Positions 1-9,266 of a stretch of DNA of 64,000 nucleotides are shown here, in pieces. Source of the stretch: Flavobacteriales bacterium (GTDB lineage Bacteria > Bacteroidota > Bacteroidia > NS11-12g > UBA955). The stretch covers positions 11,568 through 75,567 of the forward strand of contig CANMCY010000003.1 in NCBI GenBank assembly GCA_947496375.1. Reading direction: 5' to 3'. A model generated the notes under the pieces. That model was given only the letters and a program-made list of their open reading frames with translations. It had not been told where the DNA came from and made no database searches. Position 1 is the first letter of the stretch, and every line of letters begins with the position of its first letter. A program made the translations under genes and the position numbers.

Positions 1-596
1 CCCGGATGAAACGTGAAAGTGCGGTAAAACGGATCCAGACGATAGCCAAATCCGCTTGCCATCTGGTTTAAATCCTCGTTGGCTACGGGCTGAATGGCCG
101 GAATTGAATTTACAAAGGCCTCTTTGCTGCGAATTAACCGTTTTAACGATTCATACGAAACGGCCTGGGCGAAGGCCTCTTGGCCCAGCCGGTCTATTTT
201 TTGCCTGATTCGCTGAAGCAAATCGCCTTCAGGCAAGGATTTGAGCTCTTGATAATCCGAACCTCTGTAATCCACCGGTTTGGGCGGCTCCGCCTCGTAC
301 ATGGCCCGATAAATTTTAAGATCCCGCTCCTTCAAAACACCCAGATTCCTGTCAAGTTCCGCCACAGCCCTGTCCATCCCTTTCAGCTCGCGTCGCAGTG
401 CTGCATTTTCATCCATCAAGGATTGCTCTCTCGGTGTGGCAAAAATTCTGCTGAAAACCAAGGCAAATATTAGCGAAAGCACCAATATGAGACTGCTAAA
501 ACCAATCCCCCGCCAAAGCATGTAGATGCGGTTATCCCTAACCCGCTCAAAACTCAGACTTTTCGGATTAAAAAAGTATTTAGTTTTTCGCGCCAT
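1..596 (-). CDS. M23/LytM-family peptidoglycan metalloendopeptidase, N-terminal part (gene runs off the left edge)
   Basis: Absent from the ORF track because it stays open to position 1. The reverse-strand ATG at 596-594 gives MARKTKYFFNPKSLSFERVRDNRIY..., followed by one TM helix (GIGFSSLILVLSLIFALVF) and a coiled-coil stretch. It ends ...NQMASGFGYRLDPFYRTFTFHPG at the edge, which resembles the entry into an M23 domain. The catalytic residues lie outside the window. Confidence 0.55.
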   Translation of the reverse strand, partial: MARKTKYFFNPKSLSFERVRDNRIYMLWRGIGFSSLILVLSLIFALVFSRIFATPREQSLMDENAALRRELKGMDRAVAELDRNLGVLKERDLKIYRAMYEAEPPKPVDYRGSDYQELKSLPEGDLLQRIRQKIDRLGQEAFAQAVSYESLKRLIRSKEAFVNSIPAIQPVANEDLNQMASGFGYRLDPFYRTFTFHP

Positions 597-748
597 GCCT
601 AATTATTGCAAGTATAATGCATAACTCTCACACAAAAGATTTTATCCTTTTAAGATTCTGTTATTAACGACCCAATGATTAAAAAAACTGCAATCATGAC
701 TTTCGCAATTGGTAAATACTGAATTATTCGATAATTTCGCATCAATAT

Positions 749-1474
749 TTGTCTATGAAAAAACTGATTTGGATTGCCATTTATCTGATTACGGCGGGTT
801 CAGGCACTGCACAAACAGCCACCCACAAATGGGCGGTTTCCATTAACGGTAACTATAAAGAATACAAAGGGGATTTAGGAAAAACACTGCTGCAATTCAG
901 ACATCCTAACTTTCAGCTTGGTGGCGGTGTTTCTCGCTATGTAAATAAATGGCTGGATTTGAACCTGAATGCCAACTATGGTAAAATGTTTTACACACCC
1001 ACACCCCACATTTTTCAGGAGCAATATCCCAAGCTGAATTTAAAGGGGATCAACACAAACCTGGTAGCCAGGATTAAGTTCAATAACGGAAAATGGCTCA
1101 AAGAAGAGGCGTTTCTGGCACCTTACGCCGTTGTTGGATTGGGTTTATTTTATGGCGACAGACAAAAACCCGATTACACACCGGACTGGCGCAAAGTTGA
1201 ATTTTTCAATTTCCCCGTGGGACTGGGTGTAAATATTCGTTGCACACCCCACCTGAATGTAAATCTGAATTCTACCTGGCTGCCTTCTTTCGATGATCAG
1301 CTCGATGGATATGTAACCGGCAATAACTGGGAACAACTCTGGGAACACCGTATTGGCCTAACCTACAACTTCAATGTCAAAAAAGGAAATGACAAAGAAT
1401 CCAAAGAGGAAAAGGGCAAAGACAAAAAGGTGAAAAAATCAGATAAAGCCCCGGCTTCAGACGTTACCAAATAA
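749..1474 (+). CDS. Outer-membrane beta-barrel protein (porin-like), Lys-rich C-terminal tail
   Basis: Signal peptide MSMKKLIWIAIYLITAGSGTAQ. The body has alternating aromatic/glycine beta-strand patterns (GLGLFYG, VGLGVNI, IGLTYNF). The tail is KKGNDKESKEEKGKDKKVKK. Function unknown. Confidence 0.6.
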   Translation: MSMKKLIWIAIYLITAGSGTAQTATHKWAVSINGNYKEYKGDLGKTLLQFRHPNFQLGGGVSRYVNKWLDLNLNANYGKMFYTPTPHIFQEQYPKLNLKGINTNLVARIKFNNGKWLKEEAFLAPYAVVGLGLFYGDRQKPDYTPDWRKVEFFNFPVGLGVNIRCTPHLNVNLNSTWLPSFDDQLDGYVTGNNWEQLWEHRIGLTYNFNVKKGNDKESKEEKGKDKKVKKSDKAPASDVTK

Positions 1475-1513
1475 TCAAATCTCAATATACGAATTTTTTC
1501 CCGAAAAAACAAA

Positions 1514-2047
1514 TTATTCGGGTGCAGAAAATCCGGCTTCACGATAGGCCTTTGCCTTAATGACATATTCGTCCACATTGTCCTGAATGCGCTGATGCAC
1601 AGTATCGTCCAGCGTTTTCACCACCTTTGCCGGCACGCCCAGCACCAGACTATAGGGTGGAATTTTCATACCTGAAGGCACCAGAGCATTGGCGCCAATA
1701 ATGCTGTATTCTCCTACCTCCGCATTATTCAGCACCGTAGCATTCATCCCCACCAGCACATGATGACTCAGCCGCGCACTATGCACAATGGCGCTGTGAC
1801 CGATAACACAATCGTCACCGACCCAACAAGGATCACCGGGATCCGCATGTAAAACGGCATTGTCTTGAATATTGGTGCGACAGCCCACGGTTATCCTGTC
1901 GCTATCGCCGCGCAAAACCGCCCCAAACCACACATTACTCTCCTCCTGCAAAAGCACGTCTCCAATCACATGTGTGCCCGCTGCCAGAAATACATTGATG
2001 CCTTTTTCAGGTCTTTTTTTCAAACGTTCTGTTAAATCCATGCTCAT
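1514..2047 (-). CDS. Gamma-carbonic-anhydrase-like / left-handed beta-helix (hexapeptide repeat) protein
   Basis: Hexapeptide-repeat sequence VFGAVLRGDSDRITVGCRTNIQDNAVLHADPGDPCWVGDDCVIGHSAIVH...VGMNATVLNNAEVGEYSIIGANALV, typical of the YrdA/PaaY family. I placed the start at the internal ATG (MSMDLTER...). The longer track start at 2110 would overlap hutI. Confidence 0.8.
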   Translation of the reverse strand: MSMDLTERLKKRPEKGINVFLAAGTHVIGDVLLQEESNVWFGAVLRGDSDRITVGCRTNIQDNAVLHADPGDPCWVGDDCVIGHSAIVHSARLSHHVLVGMNATVLNNAEVGEYSIIGANALVPSGMKIPPYSLVLGVPAKVVKTLDDTVHQRIQDNVDEYVIKAKAYREAGFSAPE

Positions 2048-2078
2048 AAGCGGTTCAAATATGCTTTTTTTGCAGGGC

Positions 2079-3314
2079 ATGCGCAAGTTGTTTACCCATA
2101 TAAATACCATTCATGGCATCGAAATCAGCCCCAAAACCCAACTGAAAGGCACTGAAATGGGGCAGATAAGCAGCATACAAGACGCATGGTTGCTGGTAGA
2201 AAACGGTTGTTTCGCGGGTTGGGGCAGTATGGAAAGTATTGACCTGCCTGCGGCAGACCAAACCTTATCGCTGTATGGGCTGGAAGTGTTGCCCGGCCTT
2301 GTAGACAGCCACACACACTGCATTTTTGCAGAACCCCGCAGCAGCGAATGGGAAATGAGACTCAAAGGTGCATCCTATGAGGAGATTGCTGCTGCCGGTG
2401 GCGGCATCCTCAACTCAGCAGCCAGATTGCGCGAAATGGATGAAGAATTGCTCTTTGAGCAGAGTTTATGCCGCGTGCAGCGTATGATAAACCACGGCAC
2501 CACCACCCTGGAAATCAAAAGCGGATACGGCCTTAATTTAGAAAGTGAATTAAAAATGCTGCGTATTGCAAGACGCATTGCAAGCCATGTGAATGCAACT
2601 GTCAAAACCACTTTTTTGGGTGCTCACGCAGTACCTCCGGAGTTTAAAGGCCGACAGGAAGATTACGTGGCGCATATTATCAATGTGATGCTGCCCGCAG
2701 TTTGCCGGGAAGGCCTGGCAGACCACATGGATGTGTTTTGCGACCGTGGCTTTTTCACCCCTGATCAGACCCTTCGGCTGCTCGAAGTCGCATCCAACAT
2801 GGGACTTCCCTCCAAAATTCACGCCAACGAGCTGGGAATTACCGGAGGAGTTCAGGTTGCCGTAAAAGCAGGATCCTGGAGCGCAGACCACCTAGAACAT
2901 CTGGGTGATGAGGAAATCAGCTGCCTGAAAAACTCGGAAGTAATGCCTGTGGGATTGCCCGGCACAAGCTATTTTTTGGACATCCCGTATGCTCCGGCCC
3001 GTAAAATCATGGATGCAGGCCTGCCCTTTGCACTGGCATCCGACTTCAACCCGGGCAGCAGTCCGGTTTGCAACCTGCAAATGGTTTGGAGTCTGGGTTG
3101 CAGCCGCATGAAAATGCTGCCCGCGGAAGCATTCAATGCCATCACCCTCAACGCCGCCCGCAGTCTTAGGATGGAAACAGCAACCGGAAGCATTGCAGTG
3201 GGGAAACGTGCAGATTTCTGGACCACCGATACAAAAAACGCCATACAGGCAATTCCGTATTTCTTTGGCATTAACCACGCCCGGGAAATTTATATCAGCG
3301 GGAATAAAAGTTGA
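2079..3314 (+). CDS. hutI: Imidazolonepropionase (amidohydrolase superfamily)
   Basis: LPGLVDSHTHCIFAEPRSSEWEMRLKGASYEEIAAAGGGILNS, TTTLEIKSGYGL, KIHANEL, SADHL and ALASDFNPGSSP match the HutI signature blocks. The start is uncertain (ATGs at 2061, 2079 and 2157). The track start at 1872 is antisense to the neighbouring gene and I rejected it. Confidence 0.85.
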   Translation: MRKLFTHINTIHGIEISPKTQLKGTEMGQISSIQDAWLLVENGCFAGWGSMESIDLPAADQTLSLYGLEVLPGLVDSHTHCIFAEPRSSEWEMRLKGASYEEIAAAGGGILNSAARLREMDEELLFEQSLCRVQRMINHGTTTLEIKSGYGLNLESELKMLRIARRIASHVNATVKTTFLGAHAVPPEFKGRQEDYVAHIINVMLPAVCREGLADHMDVFCDRGFFTPDQTLRLLEVASNMGLPSKIHANELGITGGVQVAVKAGSWSADHLEHLGDEEISCLKNSEVMPVGLPGTSYFLDIPYAPARKIMDAGLPFALASDFNPGSSPVCNLQMVWSLGCSRMKMLPAEAFNAITLNAARSLRMETATGSIAVGKRADFWTTDTKNAIQAIPYFFGINHAREIYISGNKS

Positions 3315-4193
3315 TTATTTCCCCCCTTCAGGAATCCCGAGCAACGGGGTTTTACCGTCGGTGATGATAACCTTGGAATTACTGCTCTGAGACAGAGACT
3401 TGAATGCCTCTATCTGATTATTTTTTAAGATATCCCCCGTTAAACTTTTGGCAAGCATTTCATTTCCCTTTGCCCTCGCTTCGGCTTCTATCTTAATGGC
3501 ACTGGCCTGACCCTCAGCTTTGATTTTTGCAACCTCTGCCTGTGCATGAGCACCAATAATGGCTGCCTGCTTATCCCCTTCTGCAGCAATGGATTTGCGC
3601 TCTGCTTCCAGTTTCTCACGCTGCTTGGTAAATTCCATTCGCTGCGCCTCCTGCTCGGCTCTAAGTTTTTCTTCAATCGCTGCAGACAACCCAGGGGGTA
3701 ATGAAATAGATTTAAGCAAAACATTCTCTACAATAAATCCCTTGGCTCCCAGTATTTCCATCATGGTATCTCGAATGTTGCGCTCTATCAAGGCCCGCTC
3801 ACCGCTATGCATATCTTTTGCGTAAAACTTAGATGTGACATCGGCAGCCGCAGACCGAAATACCGGCAGTATCACCACCTCTTCATAATTCATTCCGATA
3901 TTTTTAATTACCTCAGGTGCAGACCGCTTCTCAATACGGTACAAGATGGATATTTCTGACTGTATGGTCAAACCTTCGCGGCTGGGCAGCGGCAATTTAA
4001 CTTCCAGATTAACCGTCCTAACTGGAACCCGTAAAATTGTAGATAGAAAAGGATTATAACCCCGAATACCCGGATCAAAAGCGGTATTACCCAACTTGCC
4101 CAGCTTACGCTTTACCCCGGTTTCACCCGGACGAATAATGGTACAGGCACCGAGGAACAGACCCGGTAAGATAACAAACATCAATTTTTTCAT
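3315..4193 (-). CDS. SPFH/Band-7 (prohibitin/HflC-like) lipoprotein
   Basis: Lipobox LFLGAC. The SPFH core is LTIQSEISILYRI...VVILPVFRSAAADV. A charged coiled-coil tail follows (EEKLRAEQEAQRMEFTKQREKLEAERK...). Confidence 0.85.
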   Translation of the reverse strand: MKKLMFVILPGLFLGACTIIRPGETGVKRKLGKLGNTAFDPGIRGYNPFLSTILRVPVRTVNLEVKLPLPSREGLTIQSEISILYRIEKRSAPEVIKNIGMNYEEVVILPVFRSAAADVTSKFYAKDMHSGERALIERNIRDTMMEILGAKGFIVENVLLKSISLPPGLSAAIEEKLRAEQEAQRMEFTKQREKLEAERKSIAAEGDKQAAIIGAHAQAEVAKIKAEGQASAIKIEAEARAKGNEMLAKSLTGDILKNNQIEAFKSLSQSSNSKVIITDGKTPLLGIPEGGK

Positions 4194-4283
4194 ATTTTTA
4201 AGGTTTTGTAGTAATAAGTTAACAAATAATCATGCCAAATGATGGCATTATGGATTTTACCCCTAAATGCACATAAATGGCCT

Positions 4284-4291
4284 TAAATTTG
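4284..4291 (+). promoter_or_regulatory. Candidate Bacteroidetes -7 promoter box TAAATTTG
   Basis: Exact match to TAnnTTTG, 29 nt upstream of the ATG at 4321. Confidence 0.4.
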
Positions 4292-4320
4292 CAGTAGCAA
4301 TCATTAGTAAAATTAACGTT

Positions 4321-4737
4321 ATGCCTTATCCCGAAATGCTGGTAGCGCCCATGCGCGCTGAACTCACCCATAATGGATTTACCGAACTGCGCACCGCAGA
4401 AGAAGTAGAACAAGCGCTCTCAAATAATGATGGAACCACGCTGGTGGTCATCAATTCCGTATGCGGCTGCGCCGCAGGCAGTGCACGCCCCGGGATTTTA
4501 AAAAGTCTGACTGGTGATAAAAAACCGGTAAATCTTTACACTGTATTTGCCGGACAAGACCTCGATGCTACCCAAAAAGCCCGCGAATTCATGGTTCCGT
4601 TCCCGCCTTCGTCCCCGGCTGTAGCCCTTTTCAAAGATGGTCAAATCGTGCACATGGTGGAGCGCCATATGATTGAGGGAAGAACTGCCGATATGGTTGC
4701 CGACAATTTGTCAGGCGCCTACGAAGCTTTTTGCTGA
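4321..4737 (+). CDS. Bacilliredoxin (BrxA/BrxB, YphP/YqiW family)
   Basis: MPYPEMLVAPMRAELT... contains the redox motif VINSVCGCAAGSARP. Size and layout are typical of DUF1094 bacilliredoxins. I chose the internal ATG at 4321 over the track start at 4267. Confidence 0.8.
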   Translation: MPYPEMLVAPMRAELTHNGFTELRTAEEVEQALSNNDGTTLVVINSVCGCAAGSARPGILKSLTGDKKPVNLYTVFAGQDLDATQKAREFMVPFPPSSPAVALFKDGQIVHMVERHMIEGRTADMVADNLSGAYEAFC

Positions 4738-4756
4738 TAATCTAGAAAACAATTCG

Positions 4757-4764
4757 TATTTTTG
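4757..4764 (+). promoter_or_regulatory. Candidate -7 promoter box TATTTTTG
   Basis: Exact TAnnTTTG match, 14 nt upstream of the ATG at 4779. Confidence 0.4.
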
Positions 4765-4778
4765 TCATAACCAACGCT

Positions 4779-7700
4779 ATGCGTGTGCGTATTGACAAAC
4801 TTTTTATCCTGCCGCTTTTCTGGATTTTTCCTGTTTTTGGTCAAAATTCATTACCGATAAACATTAAGCACAGCTATCTGCCTACCCCTTCGTTTTTGGT
4901 ATTTCCCGAAAACAATAAACCATCTTTTAATCAATGGCCTGCAGTTGCCGGGAAAATGGGAAATTACAGCCCTGCCACCCAATGGAAAATTTATGCCACG
5001 CTGAAAGATGAACTGGGACAGACCCATCACCGTGCACAACAATACTACCGGGGGACTCCCTCCGAATTATCTACCCTTATCGTTCATGAAAAAGACGGTA
5101 ATATTCTCAGCATCAACGGTGATCTGGTACCGGAAACCTACTTTGAAGGAACTGCCGCGCTAACTGCTGAAAAAGCCCGAGAGAAAGCCCTTCAGTTTAT
5201 GCCTGCAAGTATTTACTACTGGCAGGATGAGGCTCAAAACAACCTATTGCGTCAGCTTTCCGGCAAACCCGATACATCTTACTATCCACAAGGTTTAAAA
5301 GTATACTGTCCCAAAGATTTTCGACTGGAAGAAAAACACCGGCTGGCCTGGAAATTTGATGTGTTTTCCCTTGAACCGCTGGGAGGAAAAAGCATTTATG
5401 TGGATGCTGAAACCGCAGAAATACTGGCGACTCAGGATTTAATACTGCATGCCGAAGTCAAAGGAACTGCCGTTACTGCCTACAGCGGAACACAGAGCAT
5501 ACAAACCGATAGTACTGCACCCACAACCTTTAGATTGCGCGAAGCCGGCAGAGGCAAAGGCATTGAAACCTACAATATGCGCAAAGGCACATCATACGGT
5601 GCAGCCGTAGATTTTCTCGATACCGATAATAACTGGAACAACGTAAACAGCAATAAAGACGAAACCGCCACCGATGCACACTGGGGAGCTGAAATGACGT
5701 ATGACTATTTTAGCAAAGAACACAGCCGAAATAGTTTTGATGGTAACGGTGCCAAAATCATCAGTTATGTTCATTACGGATCTAACTACAATAATGCTTT
5801 CTGGAATGGTTCGTACATGACCTATGGCGACGGCAACGGCAGTCTTTTCACCCCCCTAACGGCACTGGATGTGTGTGGTCACGAAATTGCCCATGCTGTT
5901 ACCACCTACACCGCCAACCTGGTATACAGCTACGAAAGTGGTGCCCTGAACGAGAGCTTTAGTGATATTTTCGGCAATTCCATAGAAATTTGGGCCAGGC
6001 CGTCCAAGTGGAGCTGGCGTATTGGCGAAGACATGACACCCAGTAAGAATGGTATTCGCAGCATGACCAACCCCAATTTGTTCAATCATCCCAAATTTTA
6101 CAAAGGGGTGAGCTGGTATGCAGGTGCCGGCGATAATGGCGGCGTGCATTACAACAGCGGGGTTCAAAATTATTGGTATTATCTTATCTCCAACGGCAGT
6201 AAAGGAACCAACGAAAAAGGCTGGGCCTTCCAGATAGATTCGCTGGGCATTATCAAAGCCGGAAAAATTGCCTACAGAAATCTTTCGGTTTATCTGACCA
6301 AAAACTCGCAGTATGCGGACGCCCGTACCTTTAGCATCATGTCGGCCGCTGACCTCTACGGACAGTGCAGCAAAGAAGTGATTGCGGTTACCAATGCATG
6401 GTGGGTTTGCGGGGTGGGAAACAAATATGACAGCGGCTATGTAAAAGCCAATTTTACCGGCGACACCATGGCCTGCTACACCGGAAAAACGCTGAATTTC
6501 CTCAACCTGAGCGACAATTATAAATCAAGCCAATGGTATTTTGGCGATGGCAATAGCTCAACCCTCACTAATCCCTCAAACACCTATGGGAGTTATGGAA
6601 AATTCAATGTAAAACTGGTGGTGACCAGCTGTTTCAATAACAAAAAAGACAGCATTACCAAAGTGCAGTTTGTGAAAATAGACAGCACTTATGACATCTG
6701 CAATTCAGTGCGATTGCCAAAAACAGGAACCGACAGCGCCATACGTTGCAATGGATTTGTTTACGACGATGGTGGTGAAGATAACTATGGGCCGCTGAAA
6801 ATTGTCAATTTCAAACTGAAAATTCCGGGCGCAGATTCCATCAGATTCAGGTTCCGGGTATTGGATTACGAGAATGGTTACGATTCTATCGTGCTATTTA
6901 AAAACAGCATTTCATGGGCCAATAAAATCGGCCGATATACCGGTACTGCACTTCCATTTGCCGGAGCATGGCAAACCATTAAAGCAGATGCACTCTGGTT
7001 CCGCCAGTATTCTGACCCTCTTGTGGAAGGCAAAGGATTTAAACTGGAATTTGTGGGCATTCGCAAACCTTTATTCCTTAATGCCGGTAATGATACCACC
7101 ATTTGCTACGGAGATAGTCTGGTACTGAACCCGATAGCAACAGGCGGCCATGTACCCGATTACCGCTTTACATGGGCACATGGAGACAACCGCGCCAATG
7201 CCGTGGTTAAGCCTACATCAAAAACCCGTTATTACGTCACCCTCACGGATATCTGCACCCGCAAAACTGCCATTGATTCCATTTGGGTAGATGTGAGGCC
7301 ACCGCTGAAAGTAACGCTTGGCAAAGACACCGTCATTTGCAAGGGTAAAAGCGTAAAACTTTTGGCCACGGGGGCTGGCGGGGTAACTTCAGCATATCAA
7401 TACAGCTGGAATGAGGGTTTGCCCAACGGTAATAACCATACGGTTTCCCCCTCCGCCACCACCACTTACCGCGCGATACTAACCGATGCCTGCAGCGAAC
7501 GCCCTGATACCGCCTACCGCACCGTTTGGGTGAAACCCGGTCTGCAGGCAAAAATTACAGCAGGCACCACCCCGGTATGTATCGGCAAAACAGTGACACT
7601 TTCTGCCTCCGGCACCGGTGGTGATACAGCCGGATATAGATTTAGCTGGAACCTTGGTCTCGGCGCAGGAACCAACAAATCCATCACCCTGAATGATACC

Positions 7701-9266
7701 CAAAGTGTTATAGTTACACTAACCGATGGCTGTACCGTTTCACCTTCAAGGGATACCATAACCTTATTTACCCATCCGGCGTTAACCCTAAAACTTCCCA
7801 ATGACACGATTATTTGTCGGGGAAGCCAGGTTATGCTTAGCGCCTCCCTCAGCGGTGGTAAGGGATCCGGTTACACCTACAGCTGGGCAAATGGTAAATC
7901 AACCGCTAGCATAACAGAAACGCCGGGTGCAGTGCAGTGGTATGTGATAACCGGTGCCGATAATTGCTCACCCTCAGTGAAAGACAGTGTAAAAATAGAC
8001 CTGCTTCCGGCATTAAACCTCAGTAAGCACCCTGATACTTCGCTTTGTGACGGTCAGACACTCAGCGTAAAGTTAACCTCGGGCGGAGGAAAAATCAATG
8101 CCCATAATGTTTCATGGAACCCCGGTGGACAAACCGGATTAAATGTGGTTTTAAACCCATCAGCAGTGGGCATTACCCGTTATACAGCCGTGTTGACCGA
8201 CGGTTGCACCAAACGGAATGACACTACCTCGTTCAATATCACACGTCTGATGCCGCTCACAGGCAGCATTACAGCCACACCCAATGCGGTTTGTCAGGGT
8301 GATTCACTAACGATTACGCTTTCGCAAACCGGCGGTAAGTCCTCCGGCTACCAGTGGTCTGTGGACGGCTTGCCTGTTACCTGGAAGCAGCTACGAACCG
8401 ATCCGGGCTATACCAGGGCATACAACTATTCATTAACGGATGGATGTTCGGCCCCTTTCAGTGCCTCCGCCAATGTGGTAGTGCATCCAAAGCCCAACGG
8501 GGTGCTCAGCACCGACATTAACGATATCTGCGCAGGTGGCAGGGTTCAGTTTTCATTTCTCAGTGCCGATGCTGCCAAAGCTTTCTGGATATTTGGCCCG
8601 AAAGACTCTGTCAATGCCATGACAGGACCATACACAAGAACTTTCTCAAATGCCGGCAGCTATTTTGCCAAACTTCGAATTACAACTTCAAACGGCTGCC
8701 AAAAACTATTCAGTATCAACGACAGTGTGCGTGTGGCATCCTATCCTACGGCTTCATTCTCTCCAACACCTTCGCTGGCCTCGATCGAACAACCCTTTAT
8801 ACAATTTAATGATAACAGCAAGGGAGCTGCACAGTATCTATGGCTGTTTGGAGACGGCAATACCGATGCTGCCACAGGCAGTACTTCCCATACCTATGCC
8901 GATACAGGCCGCTATAAAGTACAGCTTATTGTAAGCAAACCACCGGGGTGTTCGGATACCGCAGAAGCACTCGTAAGAATTAAGGATGTATATTATCTGT
9001 ACATCCCTACTGCCTTCACCCCGGATGAAAACAACCTGAACGAGGTCTATGCTCCTTATGCCCGTGGATGTGTATTTTTCACAATGAAAATTTACAACCG
9101 CTGGGGTGCAAAAATGTTTGAAACAGATAAGATCGGTAAAGGTTGGAATGGCAAAACACCTGAAGGCAAAGAAGCCATGAATGGCATGTATCCACTGATT
9201 ATTGAAACCATCGACACAGAGGGTTATCGACACGTGGAAAAGGGCGTTTTAATGCTTACCCGTTGA
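4779..9266 (+). CDS. Secreted mosaic M4 (thermolysin-family) zinc metalloprotease with PKD, CUB-like, six Ig-like repeats and a CHU_C (T9SS type-B) C-terminal domain
   Basis: Signal peptide, then a propeptide region, then the M4 active site VCGHEIAHAV...GALNESFSDIFG (HEXXH plus downstream E, nt 5879-5950). A PKD motif follows (WYFGDGNSS), then a CUB-like module (nt ~6695-7060) and six ~79-aa repeats (7080-8501). Two more PKD modules follow (WLFGDGNTD). The terminal CHU_C is IPTAFTPDENNLNEVY...KIYNRWGAKMFE...GWNGK...GVLMLTR. Confidence 0.9.
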   Translation: MRVRIDKLFILPLFWIFPVFGQNSLPINIKHSYLPTPSFLVFPENNKPSFNQWPAVAGKMGNYSPATQWKIYATLKDELGQTHHRAQQYYRGTPSELSTLIVHEKDGNILSINGDLVPETYFEGTAALTAEKAREKALQFMPASIYYWQDEAQNNLLRQLSGKPDTSYYPQGLKVYCPKDFRLEEKHRLAWKFDVFSLEPLGGKSIYVDAETAEILATQDLILHAEVKGTAVTAYSGTQSIQTDSTAPTTFRLREAGRGKGIETYNMRKGTSYGAAVDFLDTDNNWNNVNSNKDETATDAHWGAEMTYDYFSKEHSRNSFDGNGAKIISYVHYGSNYNNAFWNGSYMTYGDGNGSLFTPLTALDVCGHEIAHAVTTYTANLVYSYESGALNESFSDIFGNSIEIWARPSKWSWRIGEDMTPSKNGIRSMTNPNLFNHPKFYKGVSWYAGAGDNGGVHYNSGVQNYWYYLISNGSKGTNEKGWAFQIDSLGIIKAGKIAYRNLSVYLTKNSQYADARTFSIMSAADLYGQCSKEVIAVTNAWWVCGVGNKYDSGYVKANFTGDTMACYTGKTLNFLNLSDNYKSSQWYFGDGNSSTLTNPSNTYGSYGKFNVKLVVTSCFNNKKDSITKVQFVKIDSTYDICNSVRLPKTGTDSAIRCNGFVYDDGGEDNYGPLKIVNFKLKIPGADSIRFRFRVLDYENGYDSIVLFKNSISWANKIGRYTGTALPFAGAWQTIKADALWFRQYSDPLVEGKGFKLEFVGIRKPLFLNAGNDTTICYGDSLVLNPIATGGHVPDYRFTWAHGDNRANAVVKPTSKTRYYVTLTDICTRKTAIDSIWVDVRPPLKVTLGKDTVICKGKSVKLLATGAGGVTSAYQYSWNEGLPNGNNHTVSPSATTTYRAILTDACSERPDTAYRTVWVKPGLQAKITAGTTPVCIGKTVTLSASGTGGDTAGYRFSWNLGLGAGTNKSITLNDTQSVIVTLTDGCTVSPSRDTITLFTHPALTLKLPNDTIICRGSQVMLSASLSGGKGSGYTYSWANGKSTASITETPGAVQWYVITGADNCSPSVKDSVKIDLLPALNLSKHPDTSLCDGQTLSVKLTSGGGKINAHNVSWNPGGQTGLNVVLNPSAVGITRYTAVLTDGCTKRNDTTSFNITRLMPLTGSITATPNAVCQGDSLTITLSQTGGKSSGYQWSVDGLPVTWKQLRTDPGYTRAYNYSLTDGCSAPFSASANVVVHPKPNGVLSTDINDICAGGRVQFSFLSADAAKAFWIFGPKDSVNAMTGPYTRTFSNAGSYFAKLRITTSNGCQKLFSINDSVRVASYPTASFSPTPSLASIEQPFIQFNDNSKGAAQYLWLFGDGNTDAATGSTSHTYADTGRYKVQLIVSKPPGCSDTAEALVRIKDVYYLYIPTAFTPDENNLNEVYAPYARGCVFFTMKIYNRWGAKMFETDKIGKGWNGKTPEGKEAMNGMYPLIIETIDTEGYRHVEKGVLMLTR
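7080..8501 (+). repeat. Six tandem ~79-aa (~237-nt) protein-domain repeats inside the M4 protease gene
   Basis: Each unit carries the motif D-T-x-I-C-x-G-x-x-V-x-L-x-A-x-x-x-G-G...Y-x-(F/Y)-S-W...Y-x-V-x-L-T-D-x-C...(I/V)-x-V. Examples are NDTTICYGDSLVL..GGHVPDYRFTW..YYVTLTDIC and KDTVICKGKSVKLLATGAGGVTSAYQYSW..YRAILTDAC. The repeats have diverged at the DNA level. Confidence 0.75.

Noticed and set aside
180-473. 97-aa plus-strand ORF at the left edge
   Set aside because: It is antisense to a better reading frame that runs from 596 to the window edge and encodes a TM, coiled-coil and M23-entry sequence.
1872-2078. N-terminal 69-codon extension of hutI in the track ORF. There are analogous long extensions for 20409-20645, 22870-22932, 57293-57400, 61465-61554, 32914-33021, 37512-37568 and 53836-53889.
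   Set aside because: The extensions overlap neighbouring genes or lack signal-peptide or family-consistent sequence. In each case an internal ATG gives a canonical N-terminus (a signal peptide or a conserved family start).
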